This document shows positions 18,856-29,157 of a stretch of 64,000 nt of DNA, in pieces. Source of the DNA: an uncultured bacterium. Its GTDB lineage: Bacteria; Hydrothermota; UBA3072; B12-G15. The DNA lies in contig CAZQRW010000003.1 of NCBI GenBank assembly GCA_964596115.1, positions 5,883 through 69,882 on the forward strand. The letters run 5' to 3'. A program made the translations under genes and the position numbers. The notes beneath the pieces were generated by a model. The model ran no database searches, was not told where the DNA came from, and worked only from the letters and a program-made list of their open reading frames with translations. The first letter of the stretch is position 1. Each line of letters starts with the position of its first letter.

Positions 18856-20535
18856 ATGAAAGAAAGCAAAAAGAATACAATAATTGAAGATATCGACGAA
18901 AAAGAAATCGAAAAGTTGCTCACTGAGTATTTTGAGAAGAAGGAGCCAAAGATTGGAATGGTAAAGGGAAGAATAGTTAAAATCACAAATAAGGAAATCG
19001 TTGTTAACGTTGGTCTTAAATCGGAAGGAATTTTGCCCCGCTCAGAATTCAGAGACGACGAGGATATAAAAGTCGGCGATGAGATAGATGTTTACCTGGA
19101 AGATCTTGAAGGAGAGGAGGGACTTGCACAAATATCAAAGAAAAAGGCCGATTTCCTTAAGGTCTGGGATGATGTTAAAGATTGCTATGAAAATGGTACA
19201 AATATAGATTGTAAGGTTATTAGAAGAGTTAAGGGTGGTTTAATGGTAAATGTGTTTGGGATAGAGGCTTTTCTCCCTGGATCACAGATAGATGTTAAAC
19301 CTGTTAATAATATCGATGATTTTGTAAACAAAACCATCCCTGTAAGGGTTATAAAACTTAACTGGAAAAGGAGGAATGTTGTAGTTTCCAGAAGGGTTAT
19401 TCTCGAGGAGGAAAAGGAGCTTGAGAGGAAAAGATTTTTCAACTCAATAAGTGAAGGTGATATAGTTGAGGGTGTTGTAAAAAATGTTACTGAATTTGGT
19501 GCTTTTATTGATCTTGGAGGAGTGGATGGGCTCCTGCATATTACAGATATGTCCTGGGGAAGAATAGCACACCCTTCTGAAGTACTTGCCATTGGTGATA
19601 TGATAAAGGTAAAAGTAATAAAAGTGGATAAGGAACAGGAAAGGGTTTCTCTTGGTTTAAAGCAGCTTGAGCCTAATCCATGGGATAGCATAGAAGAACG
19701 ATATCAGATAGGCAAGAGAGTAAAGGGACGAGTAGTTTCCCTTACGGATTATGGAGCTTTCATCGAGCTTGAGAAAGGTATTGAGGGTTTGATTCATGTT
19801 TCAGAGATGTCTTGGACCCAGCATATTCAACATCCTTCAGAAGTAATGAAAATTGGGGACATCGTAGAGGCGATTGTTCTGGATGTGGACAAAGATGAGC
19901 AAAAAATCTCTTTGGGCCTTAGGCAAGCAATCCCTGACCCCTGGAAAAATGTGGGAGAGAAGTACCCCGTTGATTCAACCGTTGAGGGTAAAATAACTAA
20001 TATCACCACTTTTGGAGTATTTGTTGAACTTGAAGAAGGTGTAGAAGGTTTGCTACATGTTTCTGATATTTCTTGGACGAAGAGGATTGTTCATCCGAGA
20101 GAGGTATTTAAGAAGGGTCAAAAGATAGAATGTAAGGTCTTGAGTATCGATGTGGAAAAAAGAAGAATTTCCCTCGGATTAAAACAATTGGGGCCAGATC
20201 CATTAAAGATCTTTGTAAGAAGGCATACAGTCGGGAGTGATATAAAAGGTGAGGTTGCAGAACTTATGCCTCGTGGAATGATTGTAGAACTTGAGAAGGG
20301 ATTAAAAGGGTTTGTGCCCTTTTCTCATCTATACAGAAAAGGGATGAAAATACCCGCTGATAAGTATAAGATGGGAGAGATTTTAGATTTAAAAATTATA
20401 GAAATAAATCAAAAAGGGAGAAATATAGTATTGTCCGAAAAGAAATTTTATGAAGAAGAAGGGAAGGAAGATACTGGAACTGCATCGGAAGAGAAAAAAG
20501 AAGAGGGGTCTTTCGATCAAAGAACACAAGAATAA
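18856..20535 (+). CDS. rpsA: 30S ribosomal protein S1
   Basis: 559 aa with six S1 repeats (GxVxxVxxFGAFIDLGGVDGLLHITDMSW...), a strong SD, and an acidic C-terminal tail. Confidence 0.9.
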   Translation: MKESKKNTIIEDIDEKEIEKLLTEYFEKKEPKIGMVKGRIVKITNKEIVVNVGLKSEGILPRSEFRDDEDIKVGDEIDVYLEDLEGEEGLAQISKKKADFLKVWDDVKDCYENGTNIDCKVIRRVKGGLMVNVFGIEAFLPGSQIDVKPVNNIDDFVNKTIPVRVIKLNWKRRNVVVSRRVILEEEKELERKRFFNSISEGDIVEGVVKNVTEFGAFIDLGGVDGLLHITDMSWGRIAHPSEVLAIGDMIKVKVIKVDKEQERVSLGLKQLEPNPWDSIEERYQIGKRVKGRVVSLTDYGAFIELEKGIEGLIHVSEMSWTQHIQHPSEVMKIGDIVEAIVLDVDKDEQKISLGLRQAIPDPWKNVGEKYPVDSTVEGKITNITTFGVFVELEEGVEGLLHVSDISWTKRIVHPREVFKKGQKIECKVLSIDVEKRRISLGLKQLGPDPLKIFVRRHTVGSDIKGEVAELMPRGMIVELEKGLKGFVPFSHLYRKGMKIPADKYKMGEILDLKIIEINQKGRNIVLSEKKFYEEEGKEDTGTASEEKKEEGSFDQRTQE

Positions 20536-20553
20536 GGTAGACGAAAAAAAAGA

Positions 20554-21279
20554 ATGACAAAAAAGAAGAATAAAATAATAGGTGTAATACCTGTAAGATT
20601 TTTTTCCACACGCTTCCCGGGAAAGCCTCTTGCTTTAATAGCTGGTAAACCAATGATTCAGTGGGTATGGGAAGGTGTCTCTTCTTCTAATTTGATTAAT
20701 AAAATAATAGTTGCAACAGACGATGCAAGAATAAAAAAGTTTGTTGAATCTATTGGGGGGGAAGCCAGGATGACTTCCCCTTCTCACTTTTCAGGGACAG
20801 ATAGAATATGGGAGGTGGTCAAAGAAGAGGCAATAGAGATCATAATAAACATACAGGGAGATGAGCCCCTTATAACAGGTAAAATATGCGATAACGTTAT
20901 AGAAACATTATTAGCTCATCCTCAAGCTGATATGGCAACGGTTGTTAAGCGTGAAAGAAAACCAGGAAATGAAAATATTGTAAAAGTAGTTGTTAATGAG
21001 AATGGATATGCCCTCTATTTTTCCCGGTCACCAATACCTTTTTACGTGGATGGGAATCCCTCTTATTTAATTCATAAAGGTATTTATGGATTTAGAAAGA
21101 ACTTTCTTGAAAGGTTTGTAAATTCTGACCAATGTTATCTTGAAAAAGCGGAAAAACTGGAACAACTAAGGGCACTTAGCATTGGAGGAAAAATAAAGGT
21201 TGTTGAGATTGAGGAAGAACTCATCTCTGTAGATGTACCTGCAGATATTGAAAAAGTGAAAAGGACGTTAGCATCATGA
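20554..21279 (+). CDS. kdsB: 3-deoxy-manno-octulosonate cytidylyltransferase (CMP-Kdo synthetase)
   Basis: 241 aa. IGVIPVRFFSTRFPGKPL..., DDARI, IINIQGDEP. Confidence 0.9.
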   Translation: MTKKKNKIIGVIPVRFFSTRFPGKPLALIAGKPMIQWVWEGVSSSNLINKIIVATDDARIKKFVESIGGEARMTSPSHFSGTDRIWEVVKEEAIEIIINIQGDEPLITGKICDNVIETLLAHPQADMATVVKRERKPGNENIVKVVVNENGYALYFSRSPIPFYVDGNPSYLIHKGIYGFRKNFLERFVNSDQCYLEKAEKLEQLRALSIGGKIKVVEIEEELISVDVPADIEKVKRTLAS

Positions 21280-24200
21280 TTATTTTAATCTTAGCGACAA
21301 TAATTAATGTAAATTTTCAACCCCGGATAATTTTTAGTGATGGCTATATCAAAATAGCAGAAAAAAAATGCGTTCCCTTTCCATCTCCAGGCGATCCGTC
21401 TATTCCCGTTTACCCCCTTGAAATTAAAGCAGATGGAAGGATAGATAATATCCACTGGGCTATAAAAGATATAAAATCTGTCAAGAAGAGTGTTAAGGGC
21501 GCTATTTTACCAAATCAGGTGCCTTCCATTTTGTCGCTACCCCCAAGGAAATGGATCTCATTAAAAAAATTTGATGTGTATCCAAAACAGATTGTTCAAT
21601 ACAAAGGTGTATCATATAAAGGAAATGAATCAATTATTTCATTTATTATTTTCCCTGCAAGGGTTAAGAATGATACAATTCAGCTTATTGAGGGTGTCAC
21701 AATATCTATAAAATATGATACTAAAAAAATATTACATAAAATATCAGATTCATTGGATCTTGCAATAATAACAAACCGAGAATTTAAAAATGCCTTTGAA
21801 GAGCTGAGAAATTGGAAAATGAAAGAAGGTATAAAAACAGGCATCTTTGAAGTTGATAGTATTGTTTCTTCTTGTGCTGGAAGAGATACACAGGAGAAAA
21901 TTAGAAATTTTGTGAAATCTCTGTATTATAACCGTGGTCTCAAATATCTTATTCTTGGAGGAGACGAGGATGTAATACCATCAAGAGTTGCATTTGCGAT
22001 GAGTTCTGAAGCAGGAATAATGCCTGACGAAGATAGCCTTCATGCCGATTTATACTACGGTGATTTGGATGGGGATTGGGATAGGGACCAAGATGGAATA
22101 TTTGGAGAAGTGGAGGATTCAGTCGATCTTTATCCCGAGGTTTCAGTGGGGAGAGTACCTGCTCGGAAAGACCATATAGAGGATGTTAATGCATTTATAG
22201 GAAAATTAATAAATTATGAAAAAAATCCTGGGAGTAATCTTCAAAAAGATCTTTTCCTGGGTATGATTCTCTGGGAGGATCCATATACAGATGGAGGAAA
22301 GGCAAAGGATAGAATAATCGATAGGTGTATACCTCCCTATATTAATGTGATGAGGATGTATGAATCAATTGGCAATTCTGATCATGATTCTGTTATCCAG
22401 GGGATGAATACTGGCCCCAATCTCATCAATCATAATGGACATGGGTGGTATACAGGTATGTGGATTAGAAGCGGCCAATACGTTTCTATTGGGGATATGG
22501 ATACACTTTCTAATGATACTTACGGAATTGTATATTCACTGGGATGTTGGGTTGGTGCTTTCGATTATGATGCGGTAAGTGAACATTATATTAGAAATCC
22601 AGGTGGAGGGGGTGTTGCTTTTATAGGTAATTCAAGGTATGGATGGGGTTCTCCTGGCAACCCTGGTTTTGGATATTCTGATATCATTGACGAGAAGTTT
22701 TTCAATATTCTTTATAATAAGGTGGATGACACAATAGGCAAAATTTTGGGGGATACCAAGGTATCCTTTATTCCTCTTTCAAGAGACAGAAACGTTTATA
22801 GATGGCATCAGTATCAAATAAACCTGCTTGGCGATCCCTCTATGAGGGTATGGAAGAAAAACCCAGATACAATGAGGGTTGTATTTCTTGATTCAAACAA
22901 TTGTATTGTTGTTCACAATAATACACCTGTTGAAAATGCAACCGTGGTTGAGTGGGGTAATAATTATAAAATACTCAAGACTGATTTTACAGGAGGATTT
23001 CCCATTTACGCAGATTCTTGTAATATAACAATTACAAAAGAAGGTTTTTTACCCATTGAGTTTACACATAACCGAAAATCTGGTATTAAATTGAATTTAA
23101 TTACATCAAATAATAAAAATATTTTGTTCCCCGGTAAGGGTATGTATTTTGATTTAAGTATAAAAAATAATACAGGTAAAGATATCGATTCAGCCCTGGC
23201 GAAAGTGACAGGTAACAGTATAGATATAACAGATAGCTTGACTGCAATAGAGAACCTTAACAACGGGGATTCTCTCTATATTGATAGTGCTTTTTATGGA
23301 ATTCCAGGTATAAATTTAATGGATGGAGATTTAGTGTCAATAAAATTGGCAGTATTAGGTGATACTTTAATTAAATATTTCGGTATTGGTACCCCTGTTA
23401 TGTCCCTAAACAATGTTGATTACAGGGGCGATGCTATTTTGTTTACATGGAAAAATGTTGGTCACTTCAGTGCAGCAGGTGTTACAAGGGCTATTTTCTC
23501 ATCTCCTTTTCCACTCAACCCAAACAGGAATATTGGAGAGATACTACCAGGCCAAAATATTCAAGATACTGTTTTTTTTCAATCTCCATTTATAGGTGAT
23601 TTAGAGACAGTATTGTCTACAGAAAATGGTAGTACAATTGATACAACTTTAAGATTTATGAATTATTATTCTTTTTATGATAATTGTGAACCACCAGACA
23701 CTTTTTTTACACATTCTGGTGTTAGGGACTATTGGCATCTTTCAAGTAGAAGATCCCATCAAGGTTCTTATTCCTGGTATTGTGGTATTGAGTCTACATA
23801 TACAGATTCTCAGGATGCCTCTCTTATATCTCTTCCTGTTATAGCCTCAAACATAAATAAACTCTCTTTTTATTATTACTACTCCTTCCCAAACTATGGT
23901 TCTGATGGATTGTATATTATTTTAATGGATGGAGACACGAATGATACCCTTGATTATATAGGTTCGGGGGGTGCCTTGAAGGCTATTCAGGGGGGATGGT
24001 ATAAGTCTGAGTTTGACTTGCCTGTACAAGAGGGTGATACTTTCTCAATATGTTTTTCGTGGAAGTCAGACAATGATAGTATGGTCGGAGAGGGAATTTA
24101 TATTGATGATATTATCATTACTGGGAATAAAGTTTCGCAAGCAATTAGTATATTTCCCAAGGATTCATTAAAAATAAGTTATAATACAGAAAATGGTACC

Positions 24201-24419
24201 TATGATATTTATTTTTTACTTGAAAAGTATAAAAATCTATCATTTAATGTATATGATATTATGGGAAGAAATATTTATACAAAAAAAATAAATTGTAATA
24301 CTGGTTTGAACCACATTGTGGCTGGGATAAGGGAGTTTAAAAAAGAGGGTGTTTATTTTATAAGGATAGGCGGTTTTCCTATAGAAAAAATTGTATTTTT
24401 AAGGAGGGAAGTGAAGTGA
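21276..24419 (+). CDS. C25 (gingipain-like) cysteine peptidase with T9SS C-terminal sorting domain
   Basis: 1047 aa. C25 catalytic-domain signatures: YLILGGDEDVIPSR, DLYYGDLDGDWDRDQDG, NHNGHGW (His), YSLGCWVGAFD (Cys). A beta-sandwich-like module (YWHLSSRRSHQGSYSWYCG...GIYIDDIIITG) is homologous to the one in the M14 protein at 7142-9676. The C-terminus FNVYDIMGRNIY...GVYFIRI fits the T9SS CTD pattern. Confidence 0.8.
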   Translation: MIILILATIINVNFQPRIIFSDGYIKIAEKKCVPFPSPGDPSIPVYPLEIKADGRIDNIHWAIKDIKSVKKSVKGAILPNQVPSILSLPPRKWISLKKFDVYPKQIVQYKGVSYKGNESIISFIIFPARVKNDTIQLIEGVTISIKYDTKKILHKISDSLDLAIITNREFKNAFEELRNWKMKEGIKTGIFEVDSIVSSCAGRDTQEKIRNFVKSLYYNRGLKYLILGGDEDVIPSRVAFAMSSEAGIMPDEDSLHADLYYGDLDGDWDRDQDGIFGEVEDSVDLYPEVSVGRVPARKDHIEDVNAFIGKLINYEKNPGSNLQKDLFLGMILWEDPYTDGGKAKDRIIDRCIPPYINVMRMYESIGNSDHDSVIQGMNTGPNLINHNGHGWYTGMWIRSGQYVSIGDMDTLSNDTYGIVYSLGCWVGAFDYDAVSEHYIRNPGGGGVAFIGNSRYGWGSPGNPGFGYSDIIDEKFFNILYNKVDDTIGKILGDTKVSFIPLSRDRNVYRWHQYQINLLGDPSMRVWKKNPDTMRVVFLDSNNCIVVHNNTPVENATVVEWGNNYKILKTDFTGGFPIYADSCNITITKEGFLPIEFTHNRKSGIKLNLITSNNKNILFPGKGMYFDLSIKNNTGKDIDSALAKVTGNSIDITDSLTAIENLNNGDSLYIDSAFYGIPGINLMDGDLVSIKLAVLGDTLIKYFGIGTPVMSLNNVDYRGDAILFTWKNVGHFSAAGVTRAIFSSPFPLNPNRNIGEILPGQNIQDTVFFQSPFIGDLETVLSTENGSTIDTTLRFMNYYSFYDNCEPPDTFFTHSGVRDYWHLSSRRSHQGSYSWYCGIESTYTDSQDASLISLPVIASNINKLSFYYYYSFPNYGSDGLYIILMDGDTNDTLDYIGSGGALKAIQGGWYKSEFDLPVQEGDTFSICFSWKSDNDSMVGEGIYIDDIIITGNKVSQAISIFPKDSLKISYNTENGTYDIYFLLEKYKNLSFNVYDIMGRNIYTKKINCNTGLNHIVAGIREFKKEGVYFIRIGGFPIEKIVFLRREVK

Positions 24420-26128
24420 AGTATATAGTAGTAGTTGGAGGGGTGTTAAGCGGAATCGGTAAGGGCGTCGCTACTGCTTCTATTGCAAGAATGCTGAAGG
24501 AGTATGGCTTTAAAACAACTGCAATTAAGATTGATCCTTACATAAACTATGATGCGGGGACATTGCGACCTACTGAACATGGCGAGGTTTGGGTTACAGA
24601 TGATGGGGGAGAGATCGATCAAGACCTTGGTAATTACGAGAGGTTTCTTGGAGAGAATCTTCCCAAAAGGAATAATATTACCACAGGTCAGATTTATAAG
24701 GCTGTTATCGATAGAGAGAGAAGAGGAGAATATCTGGGACAGACAGTCCAATTTATACCCCACATTCCTAATGAAATAAAAAGCAGGGTAAGGGACGCCT
24801 GTGGTGGGAATGATGTCTGTTTGATAGAAATTGGAGGAACCATAGGAGATTATGAAAATATTCCATTTCTTTTTGCAATGAAAAGTATGGAAAGGGAAGA
24901 AGGAAAAGAAAATTTCATCTATGTATTATTGACCTACCTTCCCATTCCATCTCATATTCATGAGATGAAGACAAAACCTACACAGCAGGCAATAAAATCG
25001 CTTTCTCAACACGGCATTTTCCCTGATTTTATTCTTTGTCGGTCAGAGGTGCCACTCGATCTTGTAAGAAAAAAGAAAATAGAAACCTATGCGAATATAG
25101 ATGCGGAATTTGTAATCTCCGCGCCAGATGTAGAAACTATATATCAGGTTCCGTTGAATTTTGAAAAGGAAAATCTTTCTATTAAAATAATGACTAAACT
25201 AGCACTTACTCCAAGAAGGAAACCGGATTGGTCTGACTGGCAAATACTTGTCAAAAGAATTCTGCAGCCTTCCAGAACTATTGATATAGCTATAGTTGGA
25301 AAGTACATCGATGTAGGAGAATTTACTTTGACTGATTCCTACATTTCAGTAAACCAGGCTGTTGAACATGCTGGTGCCCATACCGATACCCAATTAAAAA
25401 TCAATTGGGTAGATGCAAAAAGGTTGGAGGAAGAGGAGCCTGCAAAAGTTCTAAATGGGTTTTCAGGTATAATTGTGCCCGGTGGTTTTGGTAACAAAGG
25501 AATAGAGGGTAAAATAAATGCGATTAGGTTTGCTCGAGAGCAAGGTATACCATTTCTTGGTCTATGTCTTGGTATGCAGCTTGCTGTTGTTGAGTTTGCA
25601 AGAAATGTTTTAGGTATGGTAAAGGCAAATTCAACTGAATTTGACCCGAAGACTCCATATCCAGTAATTGATCTATTACCAAAACAAAAAGAAATACTTC
25701 AAATAAAGAAATACGGTGCCTCTATGCGACTTGGTGCATATGTAGCCCAGGTAATAGATGGGGTGAAGGTTTTTGAACTATATAAAAAAACTGGTAGGAT
25801 GATGAAGGATAAAGAAACTGTCGGCAATCTTGACCCTTTTAGGGTAGGGAATGTTCAATTGAATGATCCGTTCGTTGTTGAAAGACATAGGCATAGGTAT
25901 GAAGTAAATCCTGTATATATAGATAGTTTTGAAAAAGAGGGAATGATATTTTCTGGATATCACGTATCTATTGAGAATGAATACTTAATGGAGTTTGTTG
26001 AGTTAAAAGATCATATATATTTTGTTGCAACACAGGCTCATCCGGAATTTAAATCAAGAATAGAAGATCCAGCCCCTCTGTTTTTAGGATTTGCAGAAAA
26101 GGTGGTAGAATATGCAAAAAAAGATTAA
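24416..26128 (+). CDS. pyrG: CTP synthase
   Basis: 570 aa with an N-terminal synthase domain (VVVGGVLSGIGKG) and a C-terminal glutamine amidotransferase with catalytic GLCLGMQ. Confidence 0.95.
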   Translation: MKYIVVVGGVLSGIGKGVATASIARMLKEYGFKTTAIKIDPYINYDAGTLRPTEHGEVWVTDDGGEIDQDLGNYERFLGENLPKRNNITTGQIYKAVIDRERRGEYLGQTVQFIPHIPNEIKSRVRDACGGNDVCLIEIGGTIGDYENIPFLFAMKSMEREEGKENFIYVLLTYLPIPSHIHEMKTKPTQQAIKSLSQHGIFPDFILCRSEVPLDLVRKKKIETYANIDAEFVISAPDVETIYQVPLNFEKENLSIKIMTKLALTPRRKPDWSDWQILVKRILQPSRTIDIAIVGKYIDVGEFTLTDSYISVNQAVEHAGAHTDTQLKINWVDAKRLEEEEPAKVLNGFSGIIVPGGFGNKGIEGKINAIRFAREQGIPFLGLCLGMQLAVVEFARNVLGMVKANSTEFDPKTPYPVIDLLPKQKEILQIKKYGASMRLGAYVAQVIDGVKVFELYKKTGRMMKDKETVGNLDPFRVGNVQLNDPFVVERHRHRYEVNPVYIDSFEKEGMIFSGYHVSIENEYLMEFVELKDHIYFVATQAHPEFKSRIEDPAPLFLGFAEKVVEYAKKD

Positions 26129-26945
26129 AATAAGGGATGATTTATACATAGGTGGAGGTGCACCATTTGTTCTTATTTCTGGTCCCTGTGTAATTGAATC
26201 CAGAGACAATGTTTTTTTAATTGCTGAAACCCTAAAAAAACTGTCCAGTGAGTTGGGGATAGGATTTATCTTTAAGGCCTCTTTCCTGAAAGATAACAGA
26301 TCATCCCCTGAGAATTATATGGGTCCTGGCATAAAAGAAGGCTTGAAAATATTGAGAGAAGTAAAAGAATCCCTTGATATACCTGTTCTTTCCGATATTC
26401 ATTCTGTTGATCAAGTAGAGCCAGCTGCGGAAGTTCTGGATGTTCTTCAAATACCAGCTTTTCTTTCACAGCAGACATCTTTACTTTTTGCTGCAGGAAA
26501 AACGGGAAAACCAATAAATATAAAAAAATCCCAATTTATCCCACCAGAGGATGTTAAAAATTCAATTAGCAAAGTGGAGTATGTCGGAAATAAGAATATA
26601 ATAGTTACCGAGAGAGGAACATTCTTTGGGTATCATAGGCTTATTGTAGACATGCGTTCGTTCCCCATTATTAGGAAAACGGGCTACCCAGTAATTTTTG
26701 ATATTACACATTCTGTGCGAGTATACGGAATTCCTTCAAAGGATCCAAGAGGTGGAGAGAGGGAGTTTATTGAACCTCTTGGGAGGGCAGGTGTTGCTAC
26801 TGGTGTGAACGGGGTTTTTATAGAGACGCACCCTGAACCTTCTAAAGCATTGTCAGACGCTGCAAGTATGTATCCACTTGACAAAATGAAATCTTTTCTT
26901 ATTCAACTTCTCCGGATTCATAACCTTGTAAAAGAGTATGTATAA
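26112..26945 (+). CDS. kdsA: 3-deoxy-8-phosphooctulonate synthase
   Basis: 277 aa. LISGPCVIES..., KASFLKDNRSS, FDITHSV. Confidence 0.9.
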   Translation: MQKKIKIRDDLYIGGGAPFVLISGPCVIESRDNVFLIAETLKKLSSELGIGFIFKASFLKDNRSSPENYMGPGIKEGLKILREVKESLDIPVLSDIHSVDQVEPAAEVLDVLQIPAFLSQQTSLLFAAGKTGKPINIKKSQFIPPEDVKNSISKVEYVGNKNIIVTERGTFFGYHRLIVDMRSFPIIRKTGYPVIFDITHSVRVYGIPSKDPRGGEREFIEPLGRAGVATGVNGVFIETHPEPSKALSDAASMYPLDKMKSFLIQLLRIHNLVKEYV

Positions 26946-27456
26946 ATTTTTAGGTTTGGATGTTGATGGCGTTTTAACTAATGGTAGTATTGCATATACT
27001 GATGTGGGTGATGAATTCAAGATATTTAATGCTCATGATGGGCTGGGTTTGAACCTGTGTGTCCGTTCGGGTATCTTGGTCGCTATTATTACAGGTAGAA
27101 ATTCTAATATGATTTATAGAAGAGCGGAGGATCTCGGAATAAAAGAGGTATGGGTGGGTATAAGGAATAAAAAACGAATTGTTGAAGAACTTCTTTATAA
27201 TTACAATATTAAAAAAGAAGAGGCAGTCTTTATTGGTGATGATATTCTTGATATTCCAGCACTTGAAAGCGTTGGTTTTCCTGTTGCTGTGAGAAATGCC
27301 TGTAAAGAGGTTAAAGAGATATCTAAGTATATTACAAATGTTAATGGGGGCGACGGGGCAGTGAGAGAGGTATGTGAGTTAATCTTGAAAGAAAATGGTG
27401 TATGGAGAAAAACAGTAAATGAGTTACTCAAAGAACTTAGAGCAGCAGATTATTGA
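26938..27456 (+). CDS. kdsC: 3-deoxy-D-manno-octulosonate 8-phosphate phosphatase
   Basis: 172 aa with the HAD-IIIA motifs LGLDVDGVLTNG and GDDILD. Confidence 0.85.
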   Translation: MYKFLGLDVDGVLTNGSIAYTDVGDEFKIFNAHDGLGLNLCVRSGILVAIITGRNSNMIYRRAEDLGIKEVWVGIRNKKRIVEELLYNYNIKKEEAVFIGDDILDIPALESVGFPVAVRNACKEVKEISKYITNVNGGDGAVREVCELILKENGVWRKTVNELLKELRAADY

Positions 27457-28402
27457 GATAGCGAGAGGTATATTCGCTAAAGAAGGAAAGGAATTAATAA
27501 ATATTTCTAAGAGAATTGGGAAACATTTCTTTGAGGCTATTGGTATTTTATCTAAGTGTAAAGGAAGGGTAATTGTGACAGGTGTTGGCAAATCAGGCCT
27601 GGCAGGAAGAAAAATTGCCTCTACATTTTCCAGTACTGGTACACCTGCTTTTTTTATTCATCCTACGGAAGCCTTGCATGGAGAGATTGGTCTGGTGAGA
27701 AAAAATGACGTAGGACTCATTCTCTCTAAGAGCGGAGAATCCGAAGAGGTTATAAATGTAGCCCTTTTAATGAAAAATTTTGGGATACCTGTCATATCTA
27801 TTACTTCTTCTCCTCATTCCCAGATTGCAAAGATATCAGATGTATGTCTTGAAGTGAAGGTTAATGGAGAAGTCTGTCCTTACAATCTTTCCCCAACAAC
27901 CTCAACAACTGCTTCGCTTGTAATGGGAGATGCGCTTGCCATAGTATTATTAAAATTAAAAAATATTACAAAAGAAGAATTGGCACGAATTCATCCTGCG
28001 GGAACCATTGGTAAAAAATTAATGTATCTTGTAAAGGATTTAATGTTGACTGGATCTTATGTACCTATAGTAAAAACGGATGTAAGAATGGAAAAAGTTA
28101 TACTCGAAATGACTTCTAAGAGAGGAATTACCAGTGTAGTTGACAAGAGAAATAAGGTTGTTGGTGTTATTACAGATGGTGATTTGAGAAGGGCGTTGAA
28201 AGGCAACAAAAATATTTTTGAGTTTAAAGCAAGCGATATCATGACAAAGAACCCCAAAATAATATCACCAGATGAATATGTTGAGAGTGCAATCAAAAAA
28301 ATGGAAGAAAATAGGATAACAGCATTAATAGTGACAGATAAAAAAAATACTCCTATAGGGATAATTCATCTGCATGATATTATGCAGAGGGGGGTGATAT
28401 AA
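27419..28402 (+). CDS. kdsD: arabinose-5-phosphate isomerase (SIS plus tandem CBS domains)
   Basis: 327 aa. SIS domain GRVIVTGVGKSGLAGRKIASTFSSTGTPAFFIHPTEALHGEIG, followed by two CBS domains. The real start may lie at an internal Met. Confidence 0.85.
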   Translation: MSYSKNLEQQIIEIARGIFAKEGKELINISKRIGKHFFEAIGILSKCKGRVIVTGVGKSGLAGRKIASTFSSTGTPAFFIHPTEALHGEIGLVRKNDVGLILSKSGESEEVINVALLMKNFGIPVISITSSPHSQIAKISDVCLEVKVNGEVCPYNLSPTTSTTASLVMGDALAIVLLKLKNITKEELARIHPAGTIGKKLMYLVKDLMLTGSYVPIVKTDVRMEKVILEMTSKRGITSVVDKRNKVVGVITDGDLRRALKGNKNIFEFKASDIMTKNPKIISPDEYVESAIKKMEENRITALIVTDKKNTPIGIIHLHDIMQRGVI

Positions 28403-29157
28403 TCTTTGGATACAACATTTTTCCCAAAGTAGAATCCACTCTTGGAAGGGTTGATCCTCTCATAAAAATTGTATTTTCACTTATTTTTGCTGTTGTTGTA
28501 CTAATTACCAAAGATATAAAAGATTATCTTATTTTAACTATATTGGCGATTGCCCCTTTTTTCTTTTCAAGTATTTCTTTTAAAAGGGTCTTAAAAATCT
28601 TTACCCCTTTCCTGATTCTTTTCGTTTTTACGATGTTATTTCACGCATTTTTAACCCCCGGTGAAATTATATTTCAGGTTGGTTTTTTACACATTACAAA
28701 AGCTGGGTTAAGAAATGGTGTAATTTTTTCTATGCGTTTAATGTTGCTTATTCTATCTGCTTCTGTGTTTACATTGACAACTTATCCATTTGACCTTTCT
28801 GATAGATTAGCAGGACTTTTTTTCAATATCAAGAAAACCCTTCTTAGAGAGATACCTTTTATGCTTGGCCTATCAATGCGGTTTATCCCAACACTCTTTG
28901 CAGAAGGGCGAAGGATATTGTTAGCTCAAAGAGCGAGAGGTATTAACATTAAAATAGGAAAGGCTGTATTTTCTATATTATTCCCTGTTGTTCTATCTGC
29001 TATTAGAAAAGGAGATGAACTGGGGAATGCATTGTCAGCCAGAGGTTTTGAACCCGGTGAAAGAAGGACTCTACTTGTAAGAAAGAGAGAGTATTATCTT
29101 GATATAGCTTTCTTGATATATGCTTTTTTACCTATTTTTCTTGTTATATTTATATGA
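28399..29157 (+). CDS. ecfT: energy-coupling factor transporter transmembrane subunit EcfT (start codon uncertain)
   Basis: C-terminal ARGFEPGERRTLL and TM topology typical of EcfT/CbiQ. The conserved N-terminal region (FPKVESTLGRVDPLIKIVFSLIF) is in frame but lies upstream of the first canonical start (TTG at 28543). Translation probably starts at ATA/ATC/ATT overlapping the kdsD stop. Confidence 0.65.
   Translation: MIFGYNIFPKVESTLGRVDPLIKIVFSLIFAVVVLITKDIKDYLILTILAIAPFFFSSISFKRVLKIFTPFLILFVFTMLFHAFLTPGEIIFQVGFLHITKAGLRNGVIFSMRLMLLILSASVFTLTTYPFDLSDRLAGLFFNIKKTLLREIPFMLGLSMRFIPTLFAEGRRILLAQRARGINIKIGKAVFSILFPVVLSAIRKGDELGNALSARGFEPGERRTLLVRKREYYLDIAFLIYAFLPIFLVIFI

Noticed and set aside
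16645-20653. Several 60-240-aa minus-strand ORFs overlapping cmk, ispH, rpsA (for example 16645..17358, 19185..19691, 20396..20653)
   Set aside because: All are antisense to well-supported housekeeping genes, have no RBS, and show low-complexity translations.
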